Source of the DNA: Nitrospiraceae bacterium | Lineage (GTDB): Bacteria; Nitrospirota; Nitrospiria; Nitrospirales; Nitrospiraceae | Direction: 5' to 3' | Length of the DNA stretch: 64,000 nucleotides | Assembly: GCA_050246315.1 (NCBI GenBank) | Contig: JBFWWG010000012.1 | Location: 32,001 to 96,000 of the forward strand | Shown: positions 29,659 through 40,500 of the stretch, piece by piece | How positions within the stretch are numbered: position 1 is the stretch's first letter | Layout: the number at the start of each line of letters is the position of its first letter | Translations under genes and position numbers: made by a program | Notes under the pieces: model-generated | Told to the model about the DNA's origin: nothing | Seen by the model: only the letters and a program-made list of their open reading frames with translations | The model's database searches: none

Positions 29659-30241
29659 ATGGCCCAACCCGATGCCGTTCATGACGACTACCGCGTCGTG
29701 GTCGAGATGGCGCATCGTGCACTGTCCTCCACGCAATCTCCCTACTGCGTCATCGGGGCCTTGGGCCTCGGCATGTGGGGGACTCCGCGCGCAACCTGCG
29801 ACGTCGATCTCCTCATTCTCGCTCAACGCACCGATCCTGAGCCGTTCCTTGGACTGCTGCTCAGCGCGGGGTTTTCGATCAACGAATCGTGGCACCACGC
29901 GAATCCGATGGCTCAGGAGGTCGTCCCGCGGCTCTCGCATCCCAGGGTCCCGCATTTTCCCGTGGACCTGGTGTTTTCGCGAGGGCCATTGGAGCGTGCC
30001 GTGCTCGATCGGCGCCAGCCCGTCGATCTTCATGGCTTGACGATTTTGGATGAGTTCACCTGAGGACCTCATCCTGATGAAACTACGCGCCGGTCGGCCA
30101 CGAGATTTTGACGACGTGATCGGTATCGTCAAAAACCCTCGGCTCCAGCTCGACCTCGACTACCTCTGGAGCTGGGCGGACCGCTTGGGCTTGCAGGGCG
30201 AACTGCATTATGTCCTGCAAGCGGCCGGCGCCAAGGCCTAG
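29659..30241 (+). pseudogene. Nucleotidyltransferase (DUF6036/AbiEii-like) split by a +1 frameshift at about 30045
   Basis: IGA.G...G.PRAT.DVDL in the first part and SPEDLILMKL.AGRPRD.DD in the second; removing one T from ATTTTGG joins them (TIWMSSPED). Confidence 0.75.
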
Positions 30242-30319
30242 CGCACCGGTTCCGACACGTTCCTCCCCGAACAACGTTTGCAGCGCGATGGCGTCCGCAC
30301 AAGCCGCGTTCGTCCCTCG

Positions 30320-30688
30320 TCACTTATTCCTCCAACTGTTTCCATCCAACGGCGCAAACGGCACATTGGGGTTGAATTGATTCGCCGGATTCAGCGGGTT
30401 ATCCGGACGAAACTGGTTGACGGGATTGAACGGATTGTTGGGATTGTATTGATTGATCGGGTTTGCGGGATTCCCCGGATCGTAGCGATTGACGGGATTG
30501 AAGGGGTTGCTGGGCGCGTACGCGTTCGCGGGATTGAGCGGATTGTCAGGCCGATACTGATTGGCGGGATTGAAGATATTGTAGTCTCGCTCGTACTTCT
30601 CGTCGAAGCCTTGGTCGGCTGCCCCTCCCGTGGTCCAAGTCGGCACCATAAGCACCATGATAGTTGCCGCTAACGCAAGCGCACGCAT
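30320..30688 (-). CDS. Small secreted protein with six 12-aa NPxN repeats
   Basis: Signal peptide, GGAGG RBS, repeats NPANQYRPDNPL / NPANAYAPSNPF / NPVNRYDPGNPA etc. Confidence 0.8.
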   Translation of the reverse strand: MRALALAATIMVLMVPTWTTGGAADQGFDEKYERDYNIFNPANQYRPDNPLNPANAYAPSNPFNPVNRYDPGNPANPINQYNPNNPFNPVNQFRPDNPLNPANQFNPNVPFAPLDGNSWRNK

Positions 30689-30771
30689 GGACGCCTCCTT
30701 TCCCCCTCACCGTCGCCCCTCCCCTTGAGGAGAGGGCGGAACCCAGGATCGTGAGGAGGATACGAAATACG

Positions 30772-30898
30772 TGTGACATCCGAGGTCACAGGCCATGGAA
30801 AAAGACGGAAGCTCAGGCGACCTTGTGTTTCAGGACGTTGCGCGGCGACTGGCGCACGGAGGTGTTCACTGTCGTGACATCCGAGGTCACAAGGCCAT
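30772..30898. promoter_or_regulatory. Two direct copies of a 19-bp imperfect palindrome (candidate operators)
   Basis: TGTGACATCCGAGGTCACA at 30772-30790 and CGTGACATCCGAGGTCACA at 30873-30891, each followed by (A)GGCCAT. Confidence 0.5.
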
Positions 30899-30911
30899 CC
30901 GACGATACGAC

Positions 30912-31254
30912 GACGCGAGAGGAAAAAGCCATCCTCGATCTTCTGATCGATGCCGATGAGGCTGCGCTGGTCGGCCCGGTCCTCGTCGAATTCCTCCAGG
31001 GTTGCCGGACTGCTGCGGAACGAGAAACGCTCGCCGAGGCCCTTCTTGCCTTGCCCTATTTTGAGGTGACCCAATCCACCTGGCTTCGGATCGGCGACCT
31101 TTCCACAACCCTTCTTCGTCGAAGAGCGACGATCCCTCTATCAGACCTCACGATCGCATGCTTGGCGATCGAATGGGACTGTCGGGTCTATAGTCTCGAC
31201 GCTCACTTCAAGCGGATTCCCGGGGTACAGCTTTACACACCCGTATCGGCCTAG
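30912..31254 (+). pseudogene. 5'-truncated VapC/PIN toxin
   Basis: V.GPVLVEFLQG, IP.SDLTIA, YSLDAHF..IPG motifs; the N-terminal DTS catalytic motif and the antitoxin are missing. Confidence 0.7.
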
Positions 31255-31604
31255 CAGGATGTTGAAAAAGTCCGCCAGCTTTGTTGGGGCACCCAATGCT
31301 GAATTTTCATGCTGCAGTGGGTCTGACGCGAAGAGGCCAACCCTGTAGGATTTTCTCAAGCGGCGTCAATGGGGAAAGGCTACGCCTGGTGAGCCGCTGG
31401 TACACACGAAGTGTGGTATGTACCTCTTCGCCTCTTCACGTGCTGCGGCCGTGCCCGTGGAGAGGCGCGCTTCGGCGCGCCGGGGTTGGGCGGGTGAGAA
31501 AGCCGGCCTTTTTGACCATCCTGTACGTGGTTCTGAAATCATCCGTGATCCCTCGCTGTGCCGGCTCTCACGGGTACTCGAAGGGTTTTTCAACAGCCTG
31601 CTAG
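31251..31604. mobile_element. MITE-like element inserted at CTAG (overlapping the vapC stop)
   Basis: Inverted ends CTAGCAGGATGTTGAAAAA...TTTTTCAACAGCCTGCTAG; internal hairpins; no transposase. Confidence 0.8.
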
Positions 31605-31623
31605 AAGTCATTTCAACACCCTG

Positions 31624-31733
31624 CGTTCACCCGGTTCGATACACTCACCGCAGGCTTCGACCGGCTCAGAGCGAACGGATCTGTTCATGAACACAGGATA
31701 TTCCTCCGCTCGTGCTGAGCTTGTCGAAGCACG
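31624..31733. repeat. REP-like palindromic repeat cluster
   Basis: TTCGACCGGCTCAGAGCGAACGG and CTCGTGCTGAGCTTGTCGAAGC motifs, shared with 15002-15088, 48174-48250, 50051-50128, 51590-51668 and 54934-54971. Confidence 0.6.
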
Positions 31734-32004
31734 GTCATGAGGTCTTGAAATGATTTCTGGCTCTTCCGGAAATCGGATGGGTTGCTGGTAAAACCCACAC
31801 CCTCGGCGCGGGTGAGACTGGAAGGGCGGCGCGGCCTCAGAGGCGCGGCGACCACCAGGACGACATGAGAAGAGGACGGCGACACCATCGCATCAGGGCA
31901 AGGCCCGCGCATCGGGGCAAGGCCCGGAGACGCCCGGCCTTCGGCAGCCGAGGCGATAAGGGCTATCCTCGCTCCCCACATGAAAGCCGGAAGAACCATG
32001 ATTT

Positions 32005-33021
32005 CTAAACTCTTCTCATACTATTGTCCTGTGGCACATACCCATGAAGAATGGATCGACTCTCCTCCACCACGGCTGCGCGCAACGACTCCGGCTTGAC
32101 CACCCGAACGCCGCTGCCGAAGCTCAAGATCCATCCCAATAGTTCCCTGGTATCGGCCACGGTGAGCGCCATGCGGAGCCTGCCGTCCCGGATCGGGGTG
32201 AGCTGTTGGCTCGGATGCCAGATGCGATCCCGCACCCAGGCCGCGGTCGCCTTGTCGAACAACAACTCGACCTCGATGCGCTTTCCGCGCATGACGATGA
32301 GGGCATCCTCGATCGATGCCTCCACATCATCATCGATCGGCATCTGATAGGGATGGTCCGTGAGCGTGCAGGAGCGAATGCGCTCGACGGCGAACATCCG
32401 CAGGTCTTTCCGCCAGTGACAGTAGCCGAGGAGATACAGCCCGCCGTCGATATACCGCAGGCGGTAGGGATCGACCTCGCGCCTGGTCGTCGCCTGACGG
32501 GAGGCCGAGTAGTAGCGCATCTGGACGGTGCGTCCGCGCGTGATCGCCCTGGTCAGCAAGTCGATGGTGACGCGATGGTCCCGGTATCGTTTGTGCGGAC
32601 CCAGCCCGACGGAGAACGAGTGCTCCAGTTGGCGCACGAACTCCATGGCCGGCGGGGGGATGCTGGCCACAGCCTTCTGCATCGCGGAATCGAGCGCGGC
32701 CTTCAGCTCGGTGCCTTCCAACGGAGCCAGCAGGTGCCGGCTGAAGGCGACGGCCATGACCTCGGTCGGCGAGAGCCCCAGCGTCGGGATATTGCGAAAC
32801 CCCTCCATGAGTCGCCATCGCACCTGTCCATCCACCCGTTCGGTGACGAGGGGAAAGTTGACGGCCTCCAGCGCCGCCAGGTCGCGCCGGATCGTGCGGG
32901 CATGTTTGGGCAGGTCGTCCGGCAGCTCCGCCAGGAGCGCGTCCAAGGTCAGGCCTCGCTTCGCCGCTTCCAGACGCCGAAGGATATGCCATTGGCGGGT
33001 GACTTGGTCGTTTCTCGGCAT
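32005..33021 (-). CDS. HTH-WYL-WCX transcriptional regulator
   Basis: RTIRRDL..L wHTH, Y.S...R.VDPY.L......YL.GYC..R...R.F...RI WYL domain, WILSFG..V.V.KP.SLR WCX. Confidence 0.92.
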   Translation of the reverse strand: MPRNDQVTRQWHILRRLEAAKRGLTLDALLAELPDDLPKHARTIRRDLAALEAVNFPLVTERVDGQVRWRLMEGFRNIPTLGLSPTEVMAVAFSRHLLAPLEGTELKAALDSAMQKAVASIPPPAMEFVRQLEHSFSVGLGPHKRYRDHRVTIDLLTRAITRGRTVQMRYYSASRQATTRREVDPYRLRYIDGGLYLLGYCHWRKDLRMFAVERIRSCTLTDHPYQMPIDDDVEASIEDALIVMRGKRIEVELLFDKATAAWVRDRIWHPSQQLTPIRDGRLRMALTVADTRELLGWILSFGSGVRVVKPESLRAAVVEESRSILHGYVPQDNSMRRV

Positions 33022-33159
33022 GGCCCCTCCTGAACGACGGATACGCGCAGTACGACGGACCCACAGACATAGACGGACGGCGGGCCATACAGTAGTCGAA
33101 ACGGATCAGGTCGGCAAGGCGACGGTAGGAATGCTAGGCCACATTATTCATGACGGTTC

Positions 33160-33624
33160 GTGACGCATCGTCATGAATACTGCGCACTCGCGCTTCAGGC
33201 CTATGGCTGGCATGACCGGCCGACTCATGATGTGGATGGCGAAGTTGCAGGACCGTTCCAACCGCTGGTCACGTTCCTGACTGCGCACGGCGTGCCCGCC
33301 GATCTGAGCGAAGATATTTCGGGCTGGTCGCTCGTGGCGATGCCTCCCGGCTATCGAGACCGCGCGACCGACCTTGTCTCGCGCCCGAATCTTCGCATTC
33401 AATTGCTCGCACCCGTCGATTTCGTGATCGCGAAATGGCGGCGCGGTACCGATCTCGACCTGGAAGATGCCACCTTCGTCGTGAAACGCTTTGGTCTCTC
33501 AACTGAATCCATTCAAGCCTCGGCCTCGGCTGCCATCGGCGCGTCCCGCCAAGATACGGCGTTGTTTCTGTTCCGAAACACTGTTGACCTGTTCTGCCGA
33601 AGCCTGACTGACCATCAGACCTGA
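33160..33624 (+). pseudogene. DUF6036-like nucleotidyltransferase, probably 5'-truncated
   Basis: AL.AYG..DR.THDVD, PVDFVIAK.RRGTDLDLED motifs; N-terminal helix appears absent. Confidence 0.6.
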
Positions 33625-33685
33625 TCACAGACAGTGGAATTGTTTCCGCCCCACCCAGCCGAGTTGAACTTTCGGAGCAGCGGCG

Positions 33686-35041
33686 TCATCGCTCCCGTAA
33701 ACTCTCCGTCACGGATTTGAGGAGCGGGCTCAAGAGGTATTCCATCACCCGGCGCCGGCCGGTCTTCACTTCGACCGTCACGGCCATGCCGGGCGAAAGA
33801 TGCACCTGCTTGCCCTCCACCGGGATAGTGCTGCGATCCATGCTCACCCTGGTGGCATAGACCAGTCCACCCTTTTCCTTATCGAGCGGCACCGCATCGT
33901 CCGAGACGCTCAGCACCGTTCCGGGAATCGTCCCATAGATGGTGAAGGGGAACGTCTCGATCTTGATCTCGACCTCTTGGCCTTCTTTGACGAATCCCAC
34001 GTCCTTATTCTCGACCCGCGCCTCGACCTCCACCGGATGGGCCTGGGGCACGACCGTCAACAACGGTTGAGCGGGCGTGACGACCCCGCCGACCGTGTGG
34101 ACGGCGAGTTGCTGCACCACGCCGTCGATCGGCGAGACCAGTGTCTGGAGCTCGGCTTTCTGACCGGCCTTCACGACTTGCTGCGCCAGGGAGGCCGCCT
34201 TCGTTTCGGCCGCAGACAGTTCGGCCTGCTTGCTCTGCTGAAACTCCGAGACTAGAGCGCGGGCATTCTTCTCCGCCTCGGCCAGAGCCGCCAGGTCCTG
34301 AACCAGCTTCTGCCGGTTCTGCGCCAGTTCCTGTGCCTTATCGATCCGTTGCTGCTCGAATTGCAGGTAGTCCATCTTCGATACATACTGATGGTCGAGC
34401 AGCCGTTTGTAGGCCGCGGCCCGCTCGGCTTCAATGGGGACTGTCGCTTCCAGCCTTCGAATATTTTCTTTCGTTCCCTCCACCACGGCCCGCCGTTGTT
34501 CGACCAGCGATTGCGCCGCATCCAGGCGGGCTTGATATTCGGTAAGCTGATCGCGCAACAGTTGTTGCTGCAACTCGACCATGGCCGGCTCGGCATCTTC
34601 CGGCGCTTCCAGGATCGGGGTGCCGGCGATCAACGCTCGCAGTCGAGCCGCTTCCGTCCTCGCCGCGCGATATTCGTTGATCGCCTGCGCCCGGTCGGCT
34701 CGATTCTGAGTGGGGTCCAGTTCAATGAGCACGTCACCTCTCCGGACGATCTGTCCGTCCTGTACATGGATCGAGGAGACGACTCCGGTCTCGAAGGGCT
34801 GGATGACTTTCGAGTAGCCGCTTGGAATCACCTTTCCCGGCGCCACCGCGACGATGTCCAGCCAACCGAACCAGGCCCAGGCGACGGCTGCGATGAAAAT
34901 CCCGATAATGGTCCAGACGATCGCGCGCCCGATTGGAGACGGCGGTCTCTGTTCGATCTCCAGCACCGCCGGCAAGAATTCGACGGCACGACTGAGCGTG
35001 GGGGTTGATGCGCGATTTGACGGCACCGTGCCCTTCGCCAT
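33686..35041 (-). CDS. hlyD: T1SS membrane fusion protein (HlyD family)
   Basis: EFLPA.LEI...PPSP, TM helix, IQPFE.G.V, SPIDG.VQQLAVHTVGGVV, LSPGM.V.VEVKTG.R. Confidence 0.95.
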   Translation of the reverse strand: MAKGTVPSNRASTPTLSRAVEFLPAVLEIEQRPPSPIGRAIVWTIIGIFIAAVAWAWFGWLDIVAVAPGKVIPSGYSKVIQPFETGVVSSIHVQDGQIVRRGDVLIELDPTQNRADRAQAINEYRAARTEAARLRALIAGTPILEAPEDAEPAMVELQQQLLRDQLTEYQARLDAAQSLVEQRRAVVEGTKENIRRLEATVPIEAERAAAYKRLLDHQYVSKMDYLQFEQQRIDKAQELAQNRQKLVQDLAALAEAEKNARALVSEFQQSKQAELSAAETKAASLAQQVVKAGQKAELQTLVSPIDGVVQQLAVHTVGGVVTPAQPLLTVVPQAHPVEVEARVENKDVGFVKEGQEVEIKIETFPFTIYGTIPGTVLSVSDDAVPLDKEKGGLVYATRVSMDRSTIPVEGKQVHLSPGMAVTVEVKTGRRRVMEYLLSPLLKSVTESLRER

Positions 35042-35154
35042 TTCAGCCTCAACTCGCCAGGCCGAGACCCAGACTCCAAGATGACTCGCTATCGCATTCC
35101 ATGACATAAAGTTTAATAGAAGTATGATGTTATAACCTATTGATCTAATCGATC

Positions 35155-37326
35155 TCACGCAGCTTCCTGATCTCCCTGCTGATAGCGCGAGAGCCGTGCG
35201 TAGGCTCCGTTGCTCCTGAGGAGTTCCTCGTGCGTCCCTTGCTCGGCGATCTCGCCCTTCTCGATCACGAAAATGCGTTGGGCCGATCGCACCGTGCTCA
35301 GCCGGTGCGCGACGATGATGACGGTCCGACCTTGGCAAATCCGCGCCATGTTTCGCTGGATGACGGCCTCGGATTCGTAATCGAGCGCGCTGGTCGCTTC
35401 ATCGAAAATCAGGATGCGCGGATTGGCAATCAGCGCACGCGCAATGGCGATTCGTTGGCGCTGCCCGCCGGAGAGGGAGCAGCCCTGCTCGCCGACGATC
35501 GTGTCGTAGCCTTCCGGCAATTCCAGAATGAACTCATGAGCCCCGGCCAGCATCGCTGCCTGAATGACCCGCTCCATCGAGAGTCCGGGGTCCGCTTGGG
35601 CGATGTTGTCGCGTACCGACCGGTTGAACAGAAAGTTTTCTTGCAGCACCACCCCGACCTGCCGTCGCAGCCAGGCCGGATCGACCTGCGCCAGATCCAC
35701 CCCGTCCACGAGGACGCGGCCCCGTTCCGGCACATAGAGACGTTGAATCAGTTTCGCAATCGTACTCTTGCCCGAACCGGATCGTCCGACGATCCCGACC
35801 ACCTGACCCGGCTGCATCGCGAAGGACAGCTTGCGGAGGACTTCGCTGCCGTCGGATCGATACCGGAATGTGACCTCGTTGAAGACCACGTGGCCTTTTA
35901 CGGAAGGCAACGTCGTCCTGTTTGGATTGTACGAGGGCTCGGGCCTGCTGTTGAGCAGATCGCCCAAGCGCTGCATCGACACACCGACCTGTTGAAACTC
36001 CTGCCAGAGGTTCACGATCCGGAGTAACGGCCCCGTCACCTGCCCGGACAACATGTTGAACGCGATCAACTGACCGATGCTCAAGGTCCCGTCGATCACC
36101 AGGTAGGCGCCGGCCCAGAGAATCGCGATGACCGTCAGCTTTTGGATCAGACCCGCCACCTGGCCGGCCACCGTCATCAGGCTCGTGGTCCGGAAGCTCG
36201 CGTGCACATAGTCCGCCAGTTGCCCATCCCATCGACGCTGGAGGGGCGGCTCCAATGCCAGCGCCTTGACCGTTTGAATGCCGGTCACAGCCTCGACCAG
36301 AAAGGCCTGGTTCTCGGCGCCACGCGTAAACTTTTCGTTCAGCCGCGCTCGGATGACCGGCGTGATGACCAGCGAGAGCGCCGCGTACAACGGCAACGAC
36401 CCCAGCACGATCAGCGTGAGCCAGGGGCTGTAGAACCACATCACGCCTAGAAAGACCGCCGTGAAGAGGAGATCCAAGACGACCGTGACGGCGTGGCCGG
36501 TCAGGAACTGTCGGATCTGTTCCAGTTCGCGCACGCGCGCCACCGTATCGCCCACTCGCCGGGCTTCGAAGTACGCGAGCGGCAGCGAGAGGACATGTCG
36601 AAACAATTGCGCGCCGAGCGCCACGTCGATCCGATTGGTGGTATGAGAGAACAAGTAGGTGCGTAGCCCTCCCAGGAGGGCATCGAAGAGCGCCAGGCCC
36701 GCCATGCCGATCGCCAACACATGGAGCGTGGTGAAGCCCTTGTGAACGAGGACCTTGTCGATGACGACTTGGGTAAATAGGGGCGTCAGCAGCGCGAAGA
36801 GTTGCAGAAACAGCGACGCGAGCAGGACTTCTCCCAGGAGCCGACGATGCCTCACCAGTGCGGGAACGAACCAGGTGAAGTCGAACGTCAGATCTTGTGG
36901 CCGTCTGTGCGCTCGCTTCGTGAACAGCAGCAATGTGCCGGACCAGGCGGCTTCAAACGTTCGGCGGGTGAGGAGGAGAGGTCGCTCGCCCTGGGGATCT
37001 TGGATCAGGACCTTGTCGGCTTCGGCCTTGGCCAGCACGACGAACCGGCCGTCCTTCCGACGGGCCATGGCCGGCAGCGGCAGGGTCGGCAATTCGGACC
37101 AACCCACTGTCACCTGTCCGGCCTTCAACCCCAGATGCTTCGCCGCCCGGATCAGATCGCCTTCGTTGAGCGTTCTGCCGCTTTCCGCAAACTGGTGCCG
37201 AATCTGCCCGCCGTCCGCCGGCAAGTCAAAAAACCGCGCGAGGATCAGGAGACAGAGCAGGCCACTGTCTGGTTCGTGAACTGGTTCTGAACTGGATTGT
37301 TGGGATGAGTCGTCGGGCGGGCTCAT
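35155..37326 (-). CDS. hlyB: T1SS ABC transporter (HlyB family, C39-like domain without catalytic Cys)
   Basis: DSGLLCL CLD, FDFTWF, GRSGSGKST Walker A, LSGGQRQR, DEATSALD. Confidence 0.95.
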   Translation of the reverse strand: MSPPDDSSQQSSSEPVHEPDSGLLCLLILARFFDLPADGGQIRHQFAESGRTLNEGDLIRAAKHLGLKAGQVTVGWSELPTLPLPAMARRKDGRFVVLAKAEADKVLIQDPQGERPLLLTRRTFEAAWSGTLLLFTKRAHRRPQDLTFDFTWFVPALVRHRRLLGEVLLASLFLQLFALLTPLFTQVVIDKVLVHKGFTTLHVLAIGMAGLALFDALLGGLRTYLFSHTTNRIDVALGAQLFRHVLSLPLAYFEARRVGDTVARVRELEQIRQFLTGHAVTVVLDLLFTAVFLGVMWFYSPWLTLIVLGSLPLYAALSLVITPVIRARLNEKFTRGAENQAFLVEAVTGIQTVKALALEPPLQRRWDGQLADYVHASFRTTSLMTVAGQVAGLIQKLTVIAILWAGAYLVIDGTLSIGQLIAFNMLSGQVTGPLLRIVNLWQEFQQVGVSMQRLGDLLNSRPEPSYNPNRTTLPSVKGHVVFNEVTFRYRSDGSEVLRKLSFAMQPGQVVGIVGRSGSGKSTIAKLIQRLYVPERGRVLVDGVDLAQVDPAWLRRQVGVVLQENFLFNRSVRDNIAQADPGLSMERVIQAAMLAGAHEFILELPEGYDTIVGEQGCSLSGGQRQRIAIARALIANPRILIFDEATSALDYESEAVIQRNMARICQGRTVIIVAHRLSTVRSAQRIFVIEKGEIAEQGTHEELLRSNGAYARLSRYQQGDQEAA

Positions 37327-37583
37327 CGTCTTGGCATCGGCGGGACGGCCATCTCGTTGCCTCCTGCACACCTGGAGCAAACGGGCCTATCCTACTCACG
37401 CGCCGATGAATCGACGATTCTCCAGATGAATGGGATTCCCCCCTAATGGCACGGGGCCATACGGGACTCCACTCGGGAGGAATGAATGGACAAGGCCTGA
37501 TTGGGAAGACCGGGAGAGACCGCGAGCAGGAACTCCCTGGCGGATCAAGACCGCGACCTGATAGGACACAAGACTCGTGCGGG

Positions 37584-40500
37584 CTAGGACCAACTGGCAG
37601 CCAGGATGGCCTGCACGTCCTCCGGTCGCTGAGCAACGGCCGCTTCCCACGACAGGCCTGTTTGGCTCGTGAAGCCTGCCATCGCTTGGATGAGTTGATC
37701 GACCTGGTTGTTCAACAACTGCTGGCCGTTACCTGCAACGATGAGCTCCGTCTGATTGGACGTGCCGTCGTACCAATTGTGGATCGTGATCTGATCCGAC
37801 GTGCCGTAAAGCGCAATCCGCAGGTCATCGGCTTGCCGGCTCAGCACCAGATCCAACGGATCGATGGTCGCACCGAATCGTACCGTATCCTGGCCGGAGC
37901 CTCCGTCTTCGATCAACCGATCCTGACCATCCCCACGTGCGAAGAGATAGTCGTCGTGGCCTGAGCCTCCGATCAAGAGATCGTTCCCGGTTCCACCAGC
38001 AAGCTGATCCGCCCCGCTGCCGGCCAGGAGCAGGTCATCGTCCGCGCCTCCGCTGAGTTGGTCATCGCCCGATCCACCGTCGAGCATATCGGTGCCGTCG
38101 CCTCCATCCAGTAGATCGTGGCCGCTCCCGGCAGTGAGGGCGTCGTTCCCCAACCCGCCGAGAAGCTGATCGTGGCCGCTGCCGCCGAGCAGAAGATCGT
38201 GGCCCTCGCCGCCCTCCAACCGATCCTGGCCCGATCCCCCGTCAAGCCAGTTCATTCCGGCGTTGCCGATGATGAGATTGTTGAGCGAGTTCCCATGCCC
38301 ATTGATATTGCCGGTGCCGGTGAGCGTGAGGTTCTCGAGGTTGCTCCCCAGCGTCCAAGTGACGTTGGTCTGAATCGTATCGATGCCGCCTCCGGCGCTT
38401 TCAATCACCGTATCGCCCATCCCCACTACATAGGTGTCATTACCGGTTCCGCCGGTCAAGCGGTTCCGCCCGCTGTTGCCGACCAGGAGATTGTCCAGCT
38501 CGTTGCCCGTCCCAGTGAGATCCGCCGTGCCGGCGAGGGTGAGGTTCTCCACATTGGCGCCAAGGCTGTAACTCACGAGACTCTGCACCGTATCGAGACC
38601 TTCTCCGGCCATTTCGGTGACGACATCCCCGGGATCGTCTACGCTGTAGGTGTCGTGGCCCACCCCACCGGCCATCCGATCCGCTCCAACACCGCCGTCG
38701 AGGAGATCGTCGCCTCCACCCGATTGCATGTTGTCATTGCCGGCCAATCCCATCAGGCGATCCGTCGTGTCGGTGCCGGTGAGCGCATCGTCGTTGGCAG
38801 TCCCGACGAAGTCGAACCCGCGCGCGAGCAGGTCTTGATAGGTCAGGACCGTCCCATCGGCAAAGCGGAACGTCTCGATCGCACGCGGGCCGAACACGTC
38901 GGCGGGATCGAAGGAGGTGAGGTGAATAGCATCCCCACCTGCTCCGACCCGAATCACCAGTGACCCTAATCCGAGGCTCAGATCGGCCGGCGTGATGCCG
39001 GCTCCAAATTGGAGGCTGTTCCCCTCGCCGGGCAGCGCCTGATCGGTAATGGTATCGACGCCATCTCCCAGATTGAACAGATACGTGTCGTCGCCGGGTC
39101 CGCCGGTCAGCGTATCGTTCCCGGTTCCGCCGGCAATCCTGTCATTCCCCGCGCCGGCGTCCACGACGTCGTTCCCGTCCAACGCCTCGATCTCATCGTC
39201 GGCGAGGCCGCCCTCCAGCAGATCGTCGCTATCGGTCGCCCGCGGTCCCAGCAGGTCCGCCACCCGCACCGTCGTCCCGTCGGCAAATGCGAGGGTCTCG
39301 ACCACCAGCGAGCCGTTCAAATCGTTCGGATCGAAGTTTACCAGCCGCAGCGCATCGCCGTTGGTCCCAATCTGAATCGTCAGGAGACCGCTGGATTGAA
39401 CGAGGGTCAGATCAGCCCGTGAAATTCCGGCGCCGAATTGGATCACGTTGCCGTCGCCCGGAACGGCACGATCGTCGATCGTATCGATGCCATCGCCGGC
39501 GTTGAACAGATAGGTGTCGTGGCCTGCGCCGCCAAGCATCCGATCATTTCCCTGCTTTCCTGCCAACACGTTGGCGGCTTGATTGCCCACCAAGACATTG
39601 TTGAGTGCATTTCCGGTCCCTGTGCTAGGCCCCTCCCCGATGAGTGTGAGGTTTTCCAGATGATCACCCAGCACATAACTCACGGCACTGGCCACGGTAT
39701 CGATACCCTCACCCGCCGCTTCAACGATGGTATCGGGCAGGCCCGTATCGGAGGCCAGGCCCATCACGGCATAGGTGTCGTTGCCAGTTCCTCCGATGAG
39801 CAGATCATTTACCCCGTCATCCGACATGCTTTCGGCGAGCGCCTCGTTGATCGAAAGGGAGGGGCGCAGGCTCCCGCCCGCCAACGTATCGTCCCCCGCT
39901 CCACCGGACAACACGTCGGCATTCCGGCTGCCGATCAGGAGGTTATCGAGGGCATTGCCCGTACCAGTCATCGCCGGCCCATCGCCCGGCGGCAGGCCCC
40001 AGGTCGTCAGTTGAAGATTCTCGACATGATCGGGCAGCTCATAGGAAACGGAACTCCGGACCGTATCGATCCCGCCATCCGTCTGCTCCGCAATGATTTC
40101 GCCGGAATTGTAGATCACATAGGTGTCGTCCCCGGCGCCGCCAACCAAGACATCATCAGCCAGGATAGAGGACGGGTTGCTGACCGGGAGAATCGCTTCC
40201 TGCCCGGACATGAATCGGACGGTACCTCCGATCGGCGCCAAGATGTCGTCGCCTGCTCCACCGATCAGCATGTCGCTCTGCGACTCGTCGAACGCCACGG
40301 ACGACGCCCGGACATATCCTCCAACGAGGACATCGTTGCCGGCGCCGCCGTCGATCGTGCTGGCTCCGCCGTTCTCCACGAGAACATTGTCGAGTTCGTT
40401 CCCGATGAGCTGGAAGTTCGACGAGGCCGCCCGTAGCGCCTCCACATGAGTGGGCAAGGTGTAGACGGACGGCACATCCCCGGTCACCGTATCGAATCCC

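Noticed and set aside
30772..30898. Possible two-repeat mini CRISPR or CRP site
   Set aside because: Unrelated to the array repeat with too long a spacer; the TGTGA-TCACA spacing is 9 nt rather than 6
35045..35155. AT-rich spacer between hlyB and hlyD, and the ORF-track extension of hlyD to 35338
   Set aside because: The extension overlaps hlyB and is not HlyD-like; no convincing promoter consensus in the spacer
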